From Gammaproteobacteria bacterium (lineage in GTDB: Bacteria; Pseudomonadota; Gammaproteobacteria; UBA4575): DNA of 64,000 bases. Below are positions 50,367 to 60,935 of the stretch, piece by piece. Within the stretch, counting starts at the first letter, position 1; the number at the start of each line of letters is the position of its first letter. Under the pieces are notes generated by a model that ran no database searches, had not been told where the DNA came from, and saw nothing but the letters and a program-made list of their open reading frames with translations. The DNA is taken from the NCBI GenBank assembly GCA_965243395.1, contig CBDEUS010000001.1, positions 224,001 to 288,000 of the forward strand, in the 5' to 3' direction. A program made the position numbers and the translations under genes.

Positions 50367-52154
50367 ATGTGTGGTATTTGTGGCGAATTACGCTTGGATA
50401 ATAAAGCAGCAGATCAGGAAACTATTCAGCGTATGTTAGTGCCTTTGCGGAGGCGTGGTCCAGATAATGAAGGCGTTTTCATTTCTAAGATGATTGGTTT
50501 TGGGCATCGGCGTTTATCAATTATTGATTTGTCGAATAATGCAAACCAGCCTATGCACGATAATGTCCATAACTTAACTATCGTATTCAATGGAACCATT
50601 TATAACTACCCTGAATTACGAGAACAACTTAAACAGAAAGGGCATAAATTTAATTCTACGGGAGATACAGAAGTTATTCTCAAGGCCTATGCCGAATGGG
50701 GGAAAGAAAGTGTAGCCAAATTAATTGGCATGTTTGCATTTGCAATATGGGATGCGAACAAACAAGAAATGTTCTTAGCGCGTGATCGTTTAGGGATCAA
50801 ACCACTTTATTTTTCAAAACATAAAAATTTTTTTCGGTTTGCATCTAATTCGCAAGCATTATTGGCAGCAGGTGACATCAATACAGAATTTGATCCTATT
50901 GGTTTACATCATCATTTAAGTTTACATGCGGTGGTGCCAGCACCTACTACAATCTTAAAAGGTTTGCGCAAGGTGCCGCCCGCGCATTACATGATAATTA
51001 ATTTAAAAGGTGAGGTGATCACGCAACGCTATTGGTACTTAGATGCAAATCAAGTTGATGATCAGCGTAGTGAACAAGATTGGATTGAGGCTATTCAAGC
51101 TTCATTAAACACTGCAGTAGAACGCAGATTAAATATTGCAGATGTCCCGGTTGGTGTGTTGCTGTCCGGAGGTTTAGATTCAAGCCTGCTAGTGGGGTTG
51201 CTTGCTGATTCTGGTGTTGAAAATCTTCAGACTTATTCGGTTGGTTTTGAGGATCAGCCAGAAGAACAGGGCAATGAATTTGAATATTCTGATGCAGTAG
51301 TAGAAAAATTTTCTACTCAGCATCATAAGTTCTATATCAAGAATGGTGATGTATTAAATAGATTGCCTGAAGCCATTGAGCAAATGGCCGAACCTATGGT
51401 GGGCCAGGATGCTATTGCATTTTATTTATTAGCTGAGCAAGTGAGCCAACATATTTCGGTGGTGCAATCAGGTCAGGGGGCGGACGAAGTATTTGGGGGC
51501 TACTTTTGGTATCCGCTGATGCAAGCAGAAAATGATTTTTCGGTGGAAAATTTTGCTAAGCACTATTTTGATCGTGATCATAAAGAAATGTCAGAAGCGC
51601 TTCGTACAGAGTTAATTAGTGAAGACTTTACATCTCAAAAAGTTGCTCAATTATTAGATACTACAAATACTAAAGACTTTTTAGCAGCCGTTTTGCAAAT
51701 GGATATAACTACTTTGATTGTAGACGACCCCGTTAAACGCGTGGATAACATGACAATGGCATATGGTTTGGAAGCACGTGTGCCTTTTTTAGACCATGAA
51801 TTGGTTGAATTAGCAATGCAAATGCCTAACCAGTACAAAACAAGTAGTGGCGGTAAACATATACTTAAAAAGATTGCGCGTGGTTTATTGCCAGATAAAG
51901 TGATCGATCGACGGAAAGGGTATTTTCCGGTGCCCGCACTTAAGTATGTACGCGGTGAATTTTTAGAGTTCATGCGTGATATTTTGAATTCTGATGCATG
52001 TAAAAAACGCAGATTGTTTCAGTCTTCTTACGTGAATAAGTTATTGAATAAACCAGAAGACTATATGACACCACTGCAAGGCAGTAAGCTATGGCACTTG
52101 GCCTTATTAGAGCTATGGTTGCAGCGCAATGTGGATACATCTATTGCTACGTAA
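50367..52154 (+). CDS. AsnB-family amidotransferase (N-acetylglutaminylglutamine amidotransferase-like)
   Basis: MCGICG, RGPD, GHRRLSIID, LLSGGLDSS, GQGADE, subfamily-type L.VDDPVKRVDNMTMA. Confidence 0.88.
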   Translation: MCGICGELRLDNKAADQETIQRMLVPLRRRGPDNEGVFISKMIGFGHRRLSIIDLSNNANQPMHDNVHNLTIVFNGTIYNYPELREQLKQKGHKFNSTGDTEVILKAYAEWGKESVAKLIGMFAFAIWDANKQEMFLARDRLGIKPLYFSKHKNFFRFASNSQALLAAGDINTEFDPIGLHHHLSLHAVVPAPTTILKGLRKVPPAHYMIINLKGEVITQRYWYLDANQVDDQRSEQDWIEAIQASLNTAVERRLNIADVPVGVLLSGGLDSSLLVGLLADSGVENLQTYSVGFEDQPEEQGNEFEYSDAVVEKFSTQHHKFYIKNGDVLNRLPEAIEQMAEPMVGQDAIAFYLLAEQVSQHISVVQSGQGADEVFGGYFWYPLMQAENDFSVENFAKHYFDRDHKEMSEALRTELISEDFTSQKVAQLLDTTNTKDFLAAVLQMDITTLIVDDPVKRVDNMTMAYGLEARVPFLDHELVELAMQMPNQYKTSSGGKHILKKIARGLLPDKVIDRRKGYFPVPALKYVRGEFLEFMRDILNSDACKKRRLFQSSYVNKLLNKPEDYMTPLQGSKLWHLALLELWLQRNVDTSIAT

Positions 52155-52208
52155 CAACATCACAGTAAAATATTGCCTAAATCTTTAGATCATTTGGAGC
52201 ATAGTAAA

Positions 52209-52523
52209 ATGGATGTATTGGAACGTATTAAAGAACAAGTGGAGTCGAATTCTGTAATTCTATACATGAAGGGCACACCGCAAATGCCACAGTGTGGTTT
52301 TTCAAGTCGTACTGCAGAAGCATTAAAATCTTGTGGAAAAGAATTTGCGTATGTAAATGTGTTAATGGATCCCGAGATTTTTGAGAACTTGCCAAGATTT
52401 GCAGACTGGCCAACATTCCCTCAGTTGTACATTAATGGTGAGCTCGTTGGAGGATGTGATATTACTCTGGAGTTACATGAAAAAGGTGATTTGCAAAAAA
52501 TGGTCGACGAAGCCTCGGCTTGA
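52209..52523 (+). CDS. grxD: Monothiol glutaredoxin Grx4
   Basis: MKGTP..PQCGFS, WPTFPQLY, GGCDI. Confidence 0.96.
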   Translation: MDVLERIKEQVESNSVILYMKGTPQMPQCGFSSRTAEALKSCGKEFAYVNVLMDPEIFENLPRFADWPTFPQLYINGELVGGCDITLELHEKGDLQKMVDEASA

Positions 52524-52530
52524 ATACAAG

Positions 52531-53160
52531 TTACTCAGAGGCTTTTAGTTCTTTCCATAAATTCATTATTTTACAAAATACATCTGCCGTTTTTTCGGCA
52601 TCATAAATTGCAGAGTGGGCGTTGTTATTATCCCACTCTATTTCTGCTGCCTCTGCAATTCTGGATAATACTGTTTGACCATATGCTAATGCGCCAAGGG
52701 TTACCGTATCTAAACTGCTAAAAGGGTGAAAAGGACTATTTTTAATATTATTGCGTGCAGCAGCAGCGTTGAGAAATCCAAGGTCAAAAAATGCATTGTG
52801 ACCGACAAGTATGGCACGCGTACATTTATTCTCTTTTACATGTTTGCGTATGGGTTTGAAAATTTCAGGTAGTGCTTGTTTTTCATCAAGCGCAATTCTT
52901 AAAGGGTGAAAGGGGTCAATACCATTTATTTCTAAAGAGGCTTGTTCCAGATTTGCACCCTCAAATGGTTTGACATGTGTAGATATAGTTTCTTTTCTAT
53001 ATAGCTCGCCATCTTGATTCATGCTGATGAGCACCGCAGCAATTTCGAGTAATGCATCCGTTTCTGAATTGAAACCTCCAGTTTCAACGTCAATCACTAC
53101 CGGGCAAAATCCACGTAAATGATTGGCGAAAGGGATAAATTCTTGTGCTTCTTCGCTCAC
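52531..53160 (-). CDS. rnt: Ribonuclease T
   Basis: [36 protein letters not shown]. Confidence 0.95.
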   Translation of the reverse strand: MSEEAQEFIPFANHLRGFCPVVIDVETGGFNSETDALLEIAAVLISMNQDGELYRKETISTHVKPFEGANLEQASLEINGIDPFHPLRIALDEKQALPEIFKPIRKHVKENKCTRAILVGHNAFFDLGFLNAAAARNNIKNSPFHPFSSLDTVTLGALAYGQTVLSRIAEAAEIEWDNNNAHSAIYDAEKTADVFCKIMNLWKELKASE

Positions 53161-53244
53161 CTAGATTTTCTTTTGCTAGCTAATGAGTACATTCAAGTTA
53201 TAATTCTCATAAATTCAAACTATTCATCTAACAGATTACATACT

Positions 53245-54465
53245 ATGCCATCAGTTCAAAAAGTTGTACTCGCCTATTCGGGTGGTTTAGATACTTCTGT
53301 GATTCTCAAATGGCTGCAAGAAGTCTACAGCTGTGAAGTTGTAACGTTTACAGCCGATATTGGCCAGGGTGAAGAAGTCGAGCCTGCACGTGCAAAAGCA
53401 CAAGCATTAGGGATCAAAGAGATTTTTATCGAAGATCTCACGGAAGAATTTGTAAGTGACTATGTTTTTCCAATGTTTAGAGCAAATACCATATACGAAG
53501 GTGAATATTTGTTAGGCACCTCAATTGCCCGACCTTTAATCGCAAAGCGACTAGTTGAAATTGCGGCCGAAACTGGTGCAGATGCAATTTCTCACGGAGC
53601 AACAGGAAAAGGGAATGATCAGGTTCGTTTTGAGTTAGGTGCTTATGCACTAAATCCGGATATTAAAATTATCGCGCCATGGAGAGAGTGGGATTTAAAC
53701 TCACGCGAAAAGTTACTGGATTATGCGGATAAACATGGAATATCAGTAGAGCAAAAGCGCGGTAAGAAATCGCCATATTCTATGGACGCAAATTTATTAC
53801 ATATTTCATATGAAGGCGGGCCGCTTGAAGACCCATGGAATGAGCCAGAAGAGGATATGTGGAAACTGAGTGTTTCTCCCGAGCAGGCACCCAATGAACC
53901 AGCATATATTGAAATTGGTTTTGAACAAGGTGATGCCGTAAGCATAGAAGGTGAAAAGAAAACACCTGCACAGTTATTAACATTGTTAAACAAGATAGCT
54001 TGTGAGCATGGCGTAGGGCGACAAGACATAGTGGAAAACCGTTATGTAGGGATGAAATCACGTGGATGTTATGAAACACCGGGCGGCACTATTTTGTTGA
54101 AAGCACATCGCGCAATGGAATCTTTAACCATGGATAGAGAGATAGCGCATTTAAAAGATGAGCTCATGCCACGTTACGCTAAGTTAATCTACAACGGTTA
54201 TTGGTGGAGCCCGGAGCGTTTAGCTATGCAACAATGCATTGATGCTACACAAGGGAACGTAACGGGTACTGTACGAGTCAAATTATACAAAGGAAATGTC
54301 ATAGTCGTTGGTCGCAAATCAGACAGTCATAGCTTGTTTGATGCAAATATCGTCACATTTGAGGATGATGAAGGTGCCTATAATCAACAAGATGCCGAGG
54401 GTTTTATTAAATTAAATGCCCTAAGAATGAGAATTGCGGCAAAATCTTCTAGACATCGCGACTAA
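53245..54465 (+). CDS. argG: Argininosuccinate synthase
   Basis: [52 protein letters not shown]; start moved to MPSVQ. Confidence 0.98.
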   Translation: MPSVQKVVLAYSGGLDTSVILKWLQEVYSCEVVTFTADIGQGEEVEPARAKAQALGIKEIFIEDLTEEFVSDYVFPMFRANTIYEGEYLLGTSIARPLIAKRLVEIAAETGADAISHGATGKGNDQVRFELGAYALNPDIKIIAPWREWDLNSREKLLDYADKHGISVEQKRGKKSPYSMDANLLHISYEGGPLEDPWNEPEEDMWKLSVSPEQAPNEPAYIEIGFEQGDAVSIEGEKKTPAQLLTLLNKIACEHGVGRQDIVENRYVGMKSRGCYETPGGTILLKAHRAMESLTMDREIAHLKDELMPRYAKLIYNGYWWSPERLAMQQCIDATQGNVTGTVRVKLYKGNVIVVGRKSDSHSLFDANIVTFEDDEGAYNQQDAEGFIKLNALRMRIAAKSSRHRD

Positions 54466-54508
54466 ATCAATTTAAAACAATAACTATTATTATTTGATCT
54501 AACTCATT

Positions 54509-55237
54509 ATGACTAAATATTTTGCAGTTCTCGTACTTATTTCATTGCTTGGCAGTGGTTGCGCAACATCACCGGAATACACGCCCGATGAGCGAGATCC
54601 ATGGCAGGGATTCAATCGTAAAGTCTACAGTTTTAATGATGCATTGGATCGTTCATTTTTAGTACCTGCAGCGGCTAGTTATCGTGCAGTGACTCCTGAC
54701 ATCGCCGAACAAGGCATTAGTAATTTTTTCTCCAATATAGGAGATTTGGGTGTAGCGTTTAACAATACCTTACAGTTTAAGTTTTTAGATGCCGCTTCCG
54801 ATATCGGTCGGATAATCGTGAATTCAACTATTGGCCTATTAGGTTTTATGGATGTTGCCAGTCATATGGGATTAGAAAAACATGATGAAGATTTTGGGCA
54901 AACACTTGGATACTGGGGTATGGATTCTGGACCTTATTTAATGTTGCCATTTTTTGGTCCGAGTAATTTACGTGATGGACCAGGAAAAGTGGTAGACACT
55001 CTCATTTACCCGCCTAATTGGGCAGACATTAAAACTTCAGAACGTAATGGTTTGTTTGCACTCAATCTAATCAATACGCGTGCAGAATTAATGCAGTTGG
55101 AAGAAAAAGCAGGTGACTTAAGTCGTGATCGTTACGTGTTTATTCGTGACGCATATTTGGATCGTCGAGAATTTCTGGTTAATGATGGTGAAATTTCAAC
55201 GGATGATGATCTTTACGAAGAACTCGAAGACGAATAG
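54509..55237 (+). CDS. mlaA: MlaA/VacJ lipoprotein
   Basis: GSGC lipobox, DPWQGFNR, EDFGQTLG.WG..SGPY..LP..GPS..RD. Confidence 0.93.
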   Translation: MTKYFAVLVLISLLGSGCATSPEYTPDERDPWQGFNRKVYSFNDALDRSFLVPAAASYRAVTPDIAEQGISNFFSNIGDLGVAFNNTLQFKFLDAASDIGRIIVNSTIGLLGFMDVASHMGLEKHDEDFGQTLGYWGMDSGPYLMLPFFGPSNLRDGPGKVVDTLIYPPNWADIKTSERNGLFALNLINTRAELMQLEEKAGDLSRDRYVFIRDAYLDRREFLVNDGEISTDDDLYEELEDE

Positions 55238-55254
55238 TTGCTAAATAATGCATC

Positions 55255-56058
55255 GTGGGTAAGTGCATCGTCTGCAATAAATCAGCAGGACCCTTTTACT
55301 CTCTACATAAAGTTTGTTTACCTGTTTACCGGGATGCCCAGCAGTGTTTGAAAGCAAAATTATCTAGCTATCTTGAATCTGAAGAAGAGACATCAATAGC
55401 AGATATTAAAACATGTCGACCTTCTGAAGGTTTTTCGGAATATCACTTTAAACAAATATGCATTAAAGCCTGGCAAGAACATGCCAGAAATGTCGTAAGT
55501 CAAAAATCTTTAAATGTCCCTCTAACAAAGAAGCTTTTAAATTTTGCTAATGAGTTTGATATTTATAAAAATGAAACAGAACCTTATCTGATTTCACGCT
55601 TGATGAACATTGAATATTTGCAGGTCTTACAAAATGATCAGTCAATAGAATTTCACTCTAGCTTTGATATGACAGCGATAGAGCTTAATCAGGGTGAGCA
55701 TGCAATTTGGCAATTTGATGAGATAGATAAATCAGAACAGCATCAATATTCACAACAAAAGTCTTCGACGATATTTAATACGCTATTAGACAATTTATTC
55801 ATGAAGTCGCGATATAAACCCTTAGATGTGAAGCTAGAAAAGTCAGGAAAATTATTAATCACTAATCAAGCACTACATTATTTGTTAGATAACTCAGTAA
55901 AAGAAACAAAATTCTCAGATATTCACTCTGTAACGCCTATGAAAAATGGCATAAGAGTTCAAGCAGCAACAAGGAATGCATCACCAGATACCTACATAAC
56001 TGGAGATGGGCGTTTTACATATGCCTTGCTGCAATATGCGCAAGGTAAAGAAATCTAG
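55255..56058 (+). CDS. Hypothetical protein with N-terminal Cys/His cluster
   Basis: CIVC...H..C; C-terminal GKLLITNQ PH-like segment. Confidence 0.6.
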   Translation: MGKCIVCNKSAGPFYSLHKVCLPVYRDAQQCLKAKLSSYLESEEETSIADIKTCRPSEGFSEYHFKQICIKAWQEHARNVVSQKSLNVPLTKKLLNFANEFDIYKNETEPYLISRLMNIEYLQVLQNDQSIEFHSSFDMTAIELNQGEHAIWQFDEIDKSEQHQYSQQKSSTIFNTLLDNLFMKSRYKPLDVKLEKSGKLLITNQALHYLLDNSVKETKFSDIHSVTPMKNGIRVQAATRNASPDTYITGDGRFTYALLQYAQGKEI

Positions 56059-56064
56059 ATAAGC

Positions 56065-56205
56065 TTAACCGCCAAATAGTTTTTTGAGCCAACCCATGAA
56101 GCCACCACTATCACTACTTTGTGACGATTTTGATTGGGTGGTTCGCCCGTTCTGAGCTTCATAGTGACGGCGTAAAACCGAATCAGTAGGAACTGCGTTA
56201 TCCAT
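56065..56205 (-). CDS. Small hypothetical protein
   Basis: MDNAVPTDSVLRRHYE...GWLKKLFGG with AGGAG SD. Confidence 0.6.
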   Translation of the reverse strand: MDNAVPTDSVLRRHYEAQNGRTTQSKSSQSSDSGGFMGWLKKLFGG

Positions 56206-56450
56206 TTTTTCTCCTTTTGACCTTAGTTGAACAAGGATAGGTATTGTTATAGTTATGGAGACTGCGTGTACCTGGGTACAACTAGCGATTTTGTGCTTTG
56301 TTTGGCAAAGGGTCAACTAAGAATGCAGTACTATGCAAAGAAATTTGGTCTATTTTTGTAGTGGTTAAGTTTTAACTACTTGCTAATAAGCTGGTATTAT
56401 AATCAGGCATAAATTATTAAATAATCATAACGAGTTTAAGGATTTAACGG

Positions 56451-57077
56451 ATGAATAGAAAAGCGCTAGAAGTGCTGGCGGGTGGCAGATATCTCGAAGA
56501 CACGGTTATTCATGACAAGGACCGAGATCCAGAACTTGAAAGCCATGTTCGTAAAATGCTTGAGCTCATAGGTGAAGACCCAACTCGTGAAGGACTATTG
56601 GATACCCCAAAACGCGTTGCTAAAGCGATGCATTTTTTAACGGGGGGATATCAGCTTGGTGTAGAAGATGTTGTTCGTGAAGCATTGTTCGAAGAACAAT
56701 GTGAAGAAATGGTGATTGTTAAGGATGTTGAATTTTATTCTTTATGTGAACATCACATGCTGCCATTTTTTGGTCGTGCACATGTAGGCTATTTGCCAAA
56801 AAATAAAGTCATTGGTTTAAGCAAAATTGCACGTGTTGTGGATGTATTTGCAAGACGTTTACAAGTTCAGGAAAGACTCACTACGCAAATTGCTAGAGGA
56901 TTAATTGACGTATTAGATGCACATGGCGTTGCAGTTGTAATTGAAGCAAGTCACTTCTGTATGGTGATGCGCGGTGTGCAAAAGCAAAATAGTAAAACGG
57001 TTACCAGTTCTATGCTTGGGGCATTCCGGGATGATTCTCGTTCACGCTCAGAATTTATGGAGCATATTCGTGATTAA
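56451..57077 (+). CDS. folE: GTP cyclohydrolase I
   Basis: [47 protein letters not shown]. Confidence 0.97.
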   Translation: MNRKALEVLAGGRYLEDTVIHDKDRDPELESHVRKMLELIGEDPTREGLLDTPKRVAKAMHFLTGGYQLGVEDVVREALFEEQCEEMVIVKDVEFYSLCEHHMLPFFGRAHVGYLPKNKVIGLSKIARVVDVFARRLQVQERLTTQIARGLIDVLDAHGVAVVIEASHFCMVMRGVQKQNSKTVTSSMLGAFRDDSRSRSEFMEHIRD

Positions 57078-57399
57078 CTGATCACATAGATGCGCGATTA
57101 TGACGCTCATCAGGAATGATGCATCCAATAAAAGTTAAGTCGGTTAAAAAAATATTCAGGTTGGAAATTTCAATTCAGATCTCTAAAGTGTTCGCAGTTA
57201 ATTAAATATTTCCATTATGGGAATAATTGCAAATTGTCCAAAGCAGACAAACGGTAGCTTTCAAAAAATTAATTTCACGAATAATGAGAGGTTTACCTCT
57301 CTTTTTTCCACTGCATAGAATCAATGTATAATTTAATCAAGATGAATGGATAAATATCTTTAATTCCCATACGTTAATTAACTAACACTGTACTGAGGT

Positions 57400-57672
57400 T
57401 TGTCTGCAATGGAACTGCATGGTTGGAATAGTTGTAAACACATAACTCCAGAAATAAAACAGCAACCAAATAATAGAATCGCATCTGATCCTATTTGGTT
57501 ATTACTTGTAGATGGTACCGTTCTAGGTCATACGGTACGGTGTTTTTTAGATAGTAAAACAGAAATATCATGGGGCGGGATTAAAAAAGAGCTTGTTTCA
57601 CATTGGGCTTACAACATTCCTCCACCACTTCCTAATGAATTTACACCTAAAAAAATAAAGAAAACTGTTTAA
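57400..57672 (+). CDS. Hypothetical protein
   Basis: 90-aa ORF; start uncertain. Confidence 0.4.
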   Translation: MSAMELHGWNSCKHITPEIKQQPNNRIASDPIWLLLVDGTVLGHTVRCFLDSKTEISWGGIKKELVSHWAYNIPPPLPNEFTPKKIKKTV

Positions 57673-57868
57673 GGTTTGATTGACGAGTGATAAATATAAA
57701 TATTTGGATCTCGCAGACATTGATAAGTTAAACTTAAGCTCAGAAGCGGGGATTAGGACTGTAGAAAAATTATAATTTCTTTGAAGTTTGGGAGAAGTGA
57801 TAATGTTTACTTAAGACTCAAAGTAGACATTTTCTGTAAGTGTTATGCCAACATAATATAGGTGCTTT

Positions 57869-58225
57869 ATGCGAAATATAGTAAATATTGTCGTTGTATA
57901 TATTACAGTCACAACTTTGATTATTGGCCAAACTATGCCAGCTTATGCAGGGCTTGTGGGTACAGATCAAATTTTACTAGAGGAAGTGACAAGTCAGGAT
58001 CGAGAAGTTCTGTATGAAATTTTCAATCGTAGCGATGCTCAGAAATTATTAGAAAAGAGTGGTGTTTCTAATAAACAAGCACATGAGCGAATAGCAGCTC
58101 TTACCGATGAGGAAGTAAGGATGTTCGCACAAAATTTTGAAGAACTTCCAGCAGGCGGTGTAGGCAATGCTGCGGCCATACTAATTTTAGTTTTGCTAAT
58201 AATTGTTCTTGCACTTGGAAATTGA
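57869..58225 (+). CDS. PA2779-like exported protein
   Basis: AGLVGT.Q, GVS...A..RIAALTDEE, LPAGG followed by a hydrophobic tail. Confidence 0.75.
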   Translation: MRNIVNIVVVYITVTTLIIGQTMPAYAGLVGTDQILLEEVTSQDREVLYEIFNRSDAQKLLEKSGVSNKQAHERIAALTDEEVRMFAQNFEELPAGGVGNAAAILILVLLIIVLALGN

Positions 58226-58335
58226 GAGCATTAGCGGATTTAGACATGTCCGCTCTCGAGCCAAAGTATGAGCACATAGAAGTGCGAACATGATGTACAT
58301 CGTGGACGATGTCTCTGGTTCTGTTCTTAATTAGA

Positions 58336-58363
58336 ATGTCTGCTTTCGGCCCAAAGCGGACAT
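58336..58363 (+). repeat. Solo 28-bp site (B-like)
   Basis: atgtctgcttt-cggccc-aaagcggacat. Confidence 0.85.
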
Positions 58364-58394
58364 AATTTGGTTTAATAATTCTTGGAATACTCCT

Positions 58395-58967
58395 ATGAAG
58401 CATCATGCCCTTGGTCTAGCGTTAATCTTAATTTTTACGATCCCAAAAATATGTTTAAGTGTAGATCAAGATTTCTATACAAACTTACGGTTAGAATTTT
58501 CTCAACGTGAAAATTATGATGCACTCTGGCATGTATCCTCGGAGCGGAAAGATATTTTTCAAGCTATTAAAGATAAAAACTATGAACTTACGGCAAGCAA
58601 GTCCAAAGTTTGGTTAGATAAATATCCAATCGATGCTGAAATTCATTATATTGCTGCACTTTCCAACGATAATTTAGGTAATCTTCAAGAATCAACTTAC
58701 CATTATTCGAATTTTTATGGTTTATTGAACTCTTTATTGCAATCAGGTGACGGATTATCATCAGAAACAGCGATACAAGTTATTTCAACAGCAGAGGAAT
58801 ATTTAGTAATCCAATTTATTGGTGGAAAATTTATTGAGCAATCTTTGATTCAAGGTAAATGCACTGCATATGATCAAATGGAGATTGAGATTAATGGCGA
58901 AAAGAGAAAAATGTATTTTGATGTAGCAATTCCTCTAACAGGAAAACCCGCCAAGCTTGATTGCTAA
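58395..58967 (+). CDS. Cassette gene: DUF4919-like exported protein
   Basis: Signal peptide; LL.S.L.SGDG.S.ETA..VI...EEY, YD, YFDV. Confidence 0.7.
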   Translation: MKHHALGLALILIFTIPKICLSVDQDFYTNLRLEFSQRENYDALWHVSSERKDIFQAIKDKNYELTASKSKVWLDKYPIDAEIHYIAALSNDNLGNLQESTYHYSNFYGLLNSLLQSGDGLSSETAIQVISTAEEYLVIQFIGGKFIEQSLIQGKCTAYDQMEIEINGEKRKMYFDVAIPLTGKPAKLDC

Positions 58968-58981
58968 TTCAATTTTAATAA

Positions 58982-59082
58982 TTGACCGCTTTTGGCCGAA
59001 AGGAGACATAAAATGGTATGCAGTTGGTTGGTATCAACAAATTACAAACTTAAAATGTCCGGTATCGACCCGAAGCGGACAT
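58982..59082 (+). repeat. Doublet site (45-bp linker)
   Basis: ttgaccgcttt-tggccg-aaaggagacat +45 bp+ atgtccggtat-cgaccc-gaagcggacat. Confidence 0.9.
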
Positions 59083-59130
59083 AAACTTGAATCATAATTA
59101 ATCTCTGTAAAGAAATCTGGAAGTTTTAAA

Positions 59131-59514
59131 TTGGCACATAATCTTGAAATAAATAAGCAGAATGCCATTGCATTTTATAAGACTGCCTATAACGGTGAAC
59201 CACGAAAAGCAGTTGAGCAATATGTCGGTGATGAATACATACAACACAATCCTGATGTAAAAGATGGTAAAGAGGGATTTATTGAATACTTTGAAGCAAT
59301 GGCAAGAGAGTATCCAAACAAAAGCATTGAATTTGTTCGCTCAATTGCAGAAGGCAACTTGGTGTCATTACACACTTACCAAACTTGGCCAGGAAATGAT
59401 GAATATGTAACGATGGATTTTTTCAGGTTTGATGATAATGGAAAAATTGTGGAGCATTGGGATTCAGTGCAACAGATACCAAACGAATCAGCGAATGATA
59501 ATAATATGTACTGA
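59131..59514 (+). CDS. Cassette gene: SnoaL/NTF2-like protein
   Basis: YIQHNP.V.DG..GF, IAEGNLV..H, DFFRFD..GKIVEHWD. Confidence 0.88.
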   Translation: MAHNLEINKQNAIAFYKTAYNGEPRKAVEQYVGDEYIQHNPDVKDGKEGFIEYFEAMAREYPNKSIEFVRSIAEGNLVSLHTYQTWPGNDEYVTMDFFRFDDNGKIVEHWDSVQQIPNESANDNNMY

Positions 59515-59530
59515 TAGTTGTTCTTTTTAC

Positions 59531-59558
59531 ATGTCCGTTATCGACCCAAAGCGGACAT
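59531..59558 (+). repeat. Solo 28-bp site (B type)
   Basis: atgtccgttat-cgaccc-aaagcggacat. Confidence 0.88.
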
Positions 59559-59575
59559 TTTTACGAAGTATAAAG

Positions 59576-60268
59576 ATGAAAAGTATAAGGAATATTTTAT
59601 ACAGTTTATCAATGGCTTTTGTTGTAAGTTGCGGTACTCCTGGTGTTGTTAATGAAATTAAAGTTGAACCTGTTAAAGAATCTAAGTGGGAGAATACTAG
59701 TTGGTCGCTAAATTTTATGTTTATTTGGCCAGTATATGAGAAAAAAGAACAAACTAATAAGGATTTGAGTGTTAGCGAAACAAATGAAAAAGAATTAGTG
59801 ATACACGGCCCGAAGCCAGCAAGTGAATTTGACCTAAGCGAAAATTTAAAAGCTGGCTTATCACGTTTTAGAGAAGATTTTTTCAATCAGCTGCCAATGA
59901 GTGCATCACTTAAAAAATCAGATGCTGATTACGATGTTGTTATAACTTTTACAATCAAAGACACACGTGGTCCTATTTATGTTGATGAAAAGGATTTAGA
60001 AATTGCAAAAAGAGCAGTAGATATAGATTTACTTACACCTATTGATCTTTTAGTAAAAGCTGACTTTGATGTGCTATATGATTTAACTACAAGCACAGGT
60101 GATGTGTTTCAAAAAAGCTACACTGTAATTGATTCAGTTGATCATCAGGAAAGTAGGTATGGAAGAAAATCAAATAGCCATATAGAACTATTGTCTAAGA
60201 AGATTTTTCGCAATCAAACTTTGAAAACTTCTAATAAATTTCTTGAAGAAGCTGCTAAAAAATTATAA
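59576..60268 (+). CDS. Cassette gene: hypothetical lipoprotein
   Basis: Start moved to MKSIRN (17 bp after the site); VVSC lipobox. Confidence 0.7.
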   Translation: MKSIRNILYSLSMAFVVSCGTPGVVNEIKVEPVKESKWENTSWSLNFMFIWPVYEKKEQTNKDLSVSETNEKELVIHGPKPASEFDLSENLKAGLSRFREDFFNQLPMSASLKKSDADYDVVITFTIKDTRGPIYVDEKDLEIAKRAVDIDLLTPIDLLVKADFDVLYDLTTSTGDVFQKSYTVIDSVDHQESRYGRKSNSHIELLSKKIFRNQTLKTSNKFLEEAAKKL

Positions 60269-60272
60269 ATAA

Positions 60273-60373
60273 ATGTCCGCTATTGGCCGAAAGTAGTCAT
60301 AAAACAGGATGAACTAGGTTGGAATCAATAAGATGCAATCTTAAAATGTCCGGTAACAAACCATAGCAGACAT
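60273..60373 (+). repeat. Doublet site (45-bp linker)
   Basis: atgtccgctat-tggccg-aaagtagtcat +45 bp+ atgtccggtaa-caaacc-atagcagacat. Confidence 0.88.
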
Positions 60374-60407
60374 TGCTTGTTTGCATCTTGTATGAGGTAT
60401 ATTCCAA

Positions 60408-60905
60408 ATGAATAAAGTAATAATACTTACGTTAATTATTTCAATATCGACTCTTTGTTTTGCAGACGAACTTACTCAGGAGAAGAGAGAAGATATTTTG
60501 TATTTATTAGAAAGATCAGGAAGTTTAGATGTTGGGTTAGAACTAGCTACAAATATTACCCAACAATTTAATCAAGTTTTAAGTCAAACAAATAAAGATA
60601 TTCCTAAGAATGTGTTCGTAGTTTTGCAAGAAGAATTAGAAATACTTTTGAAAGAAGAAACAGGCAAAAATGGGGGGCTTACTGATATTTCAATTAATGT
60701 GTATCACGATCACTTTACTCACGATGAAATAAAGCAACTCAATAAGTTCTATGATTCACCTATTGGTCAAAAACTGGCAGCTCGCACGCCCACGATAGCG
60801 AGAGAATCAATGATCGCAAGTCAGAAATGGGCTGAGAACATGCAGCCTTTGCTAGTAGATCGTGCGTTAACTGTTTTACGTTCTCAAGGCTATAATTTTG
60901 AATGA
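60408..60905 (+). CDS. Cassette gene: DUF2059-like exported protein
   Basis: Signal peptide; VY..HFT..EI..L..FY.SP.GQK; TGA in the site arm. Confidence 0.85.
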   Translation: MNKVIILTLIISISTLCFADELTQEKREDILYLLERSGSLDVGLELATNITQQFNQVLSQTNKDIPKNVFVVLQEELEILLKEETGKNGGLTDISINVYHDHFTHDEIKQLNKFYDSPIGQKLAARTPTIARESMIASQKWAENMQPLLVDRALTVLRSQGYNFE

Positions 60906-60929
60906 CCGCTAACGATCCAAAGCGGACAC
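60902..60929 (+). repeat. Solo 28-bp site (B-like)
   Basis: atgaccgctaa-cgatcc-aaagcggacac. Confidence 0.88.
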
Positions 60930-60935
60930 TATTTA

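Noticed and set aside
1202-54079. Many short antisense or overlapping ORFs within housekeeping genes
   Set aside because: Shadow frames of well-supported genes with no recognisable motifs.
58101-58406. Minus-strand 101-aa ORF
   Set aside because: Runs across repeat sites (VRFGPKADI) and overlaps two better-supported plus-strand genes.
59531-59558. Repeats as simple intrinsic terminators
   Set aside because: No consistent U-tract, a fixed 28-bp length with two spacer classes, and overlap with stop codons. A REP/BIME-like identity is not fully excluded.
59429-59575. N-terminal extension of ORF 59429-60268
   Set aside because: Overlaps the SnoaL-like gene and reads through a site; the lipoprotein signal starts at 59576.
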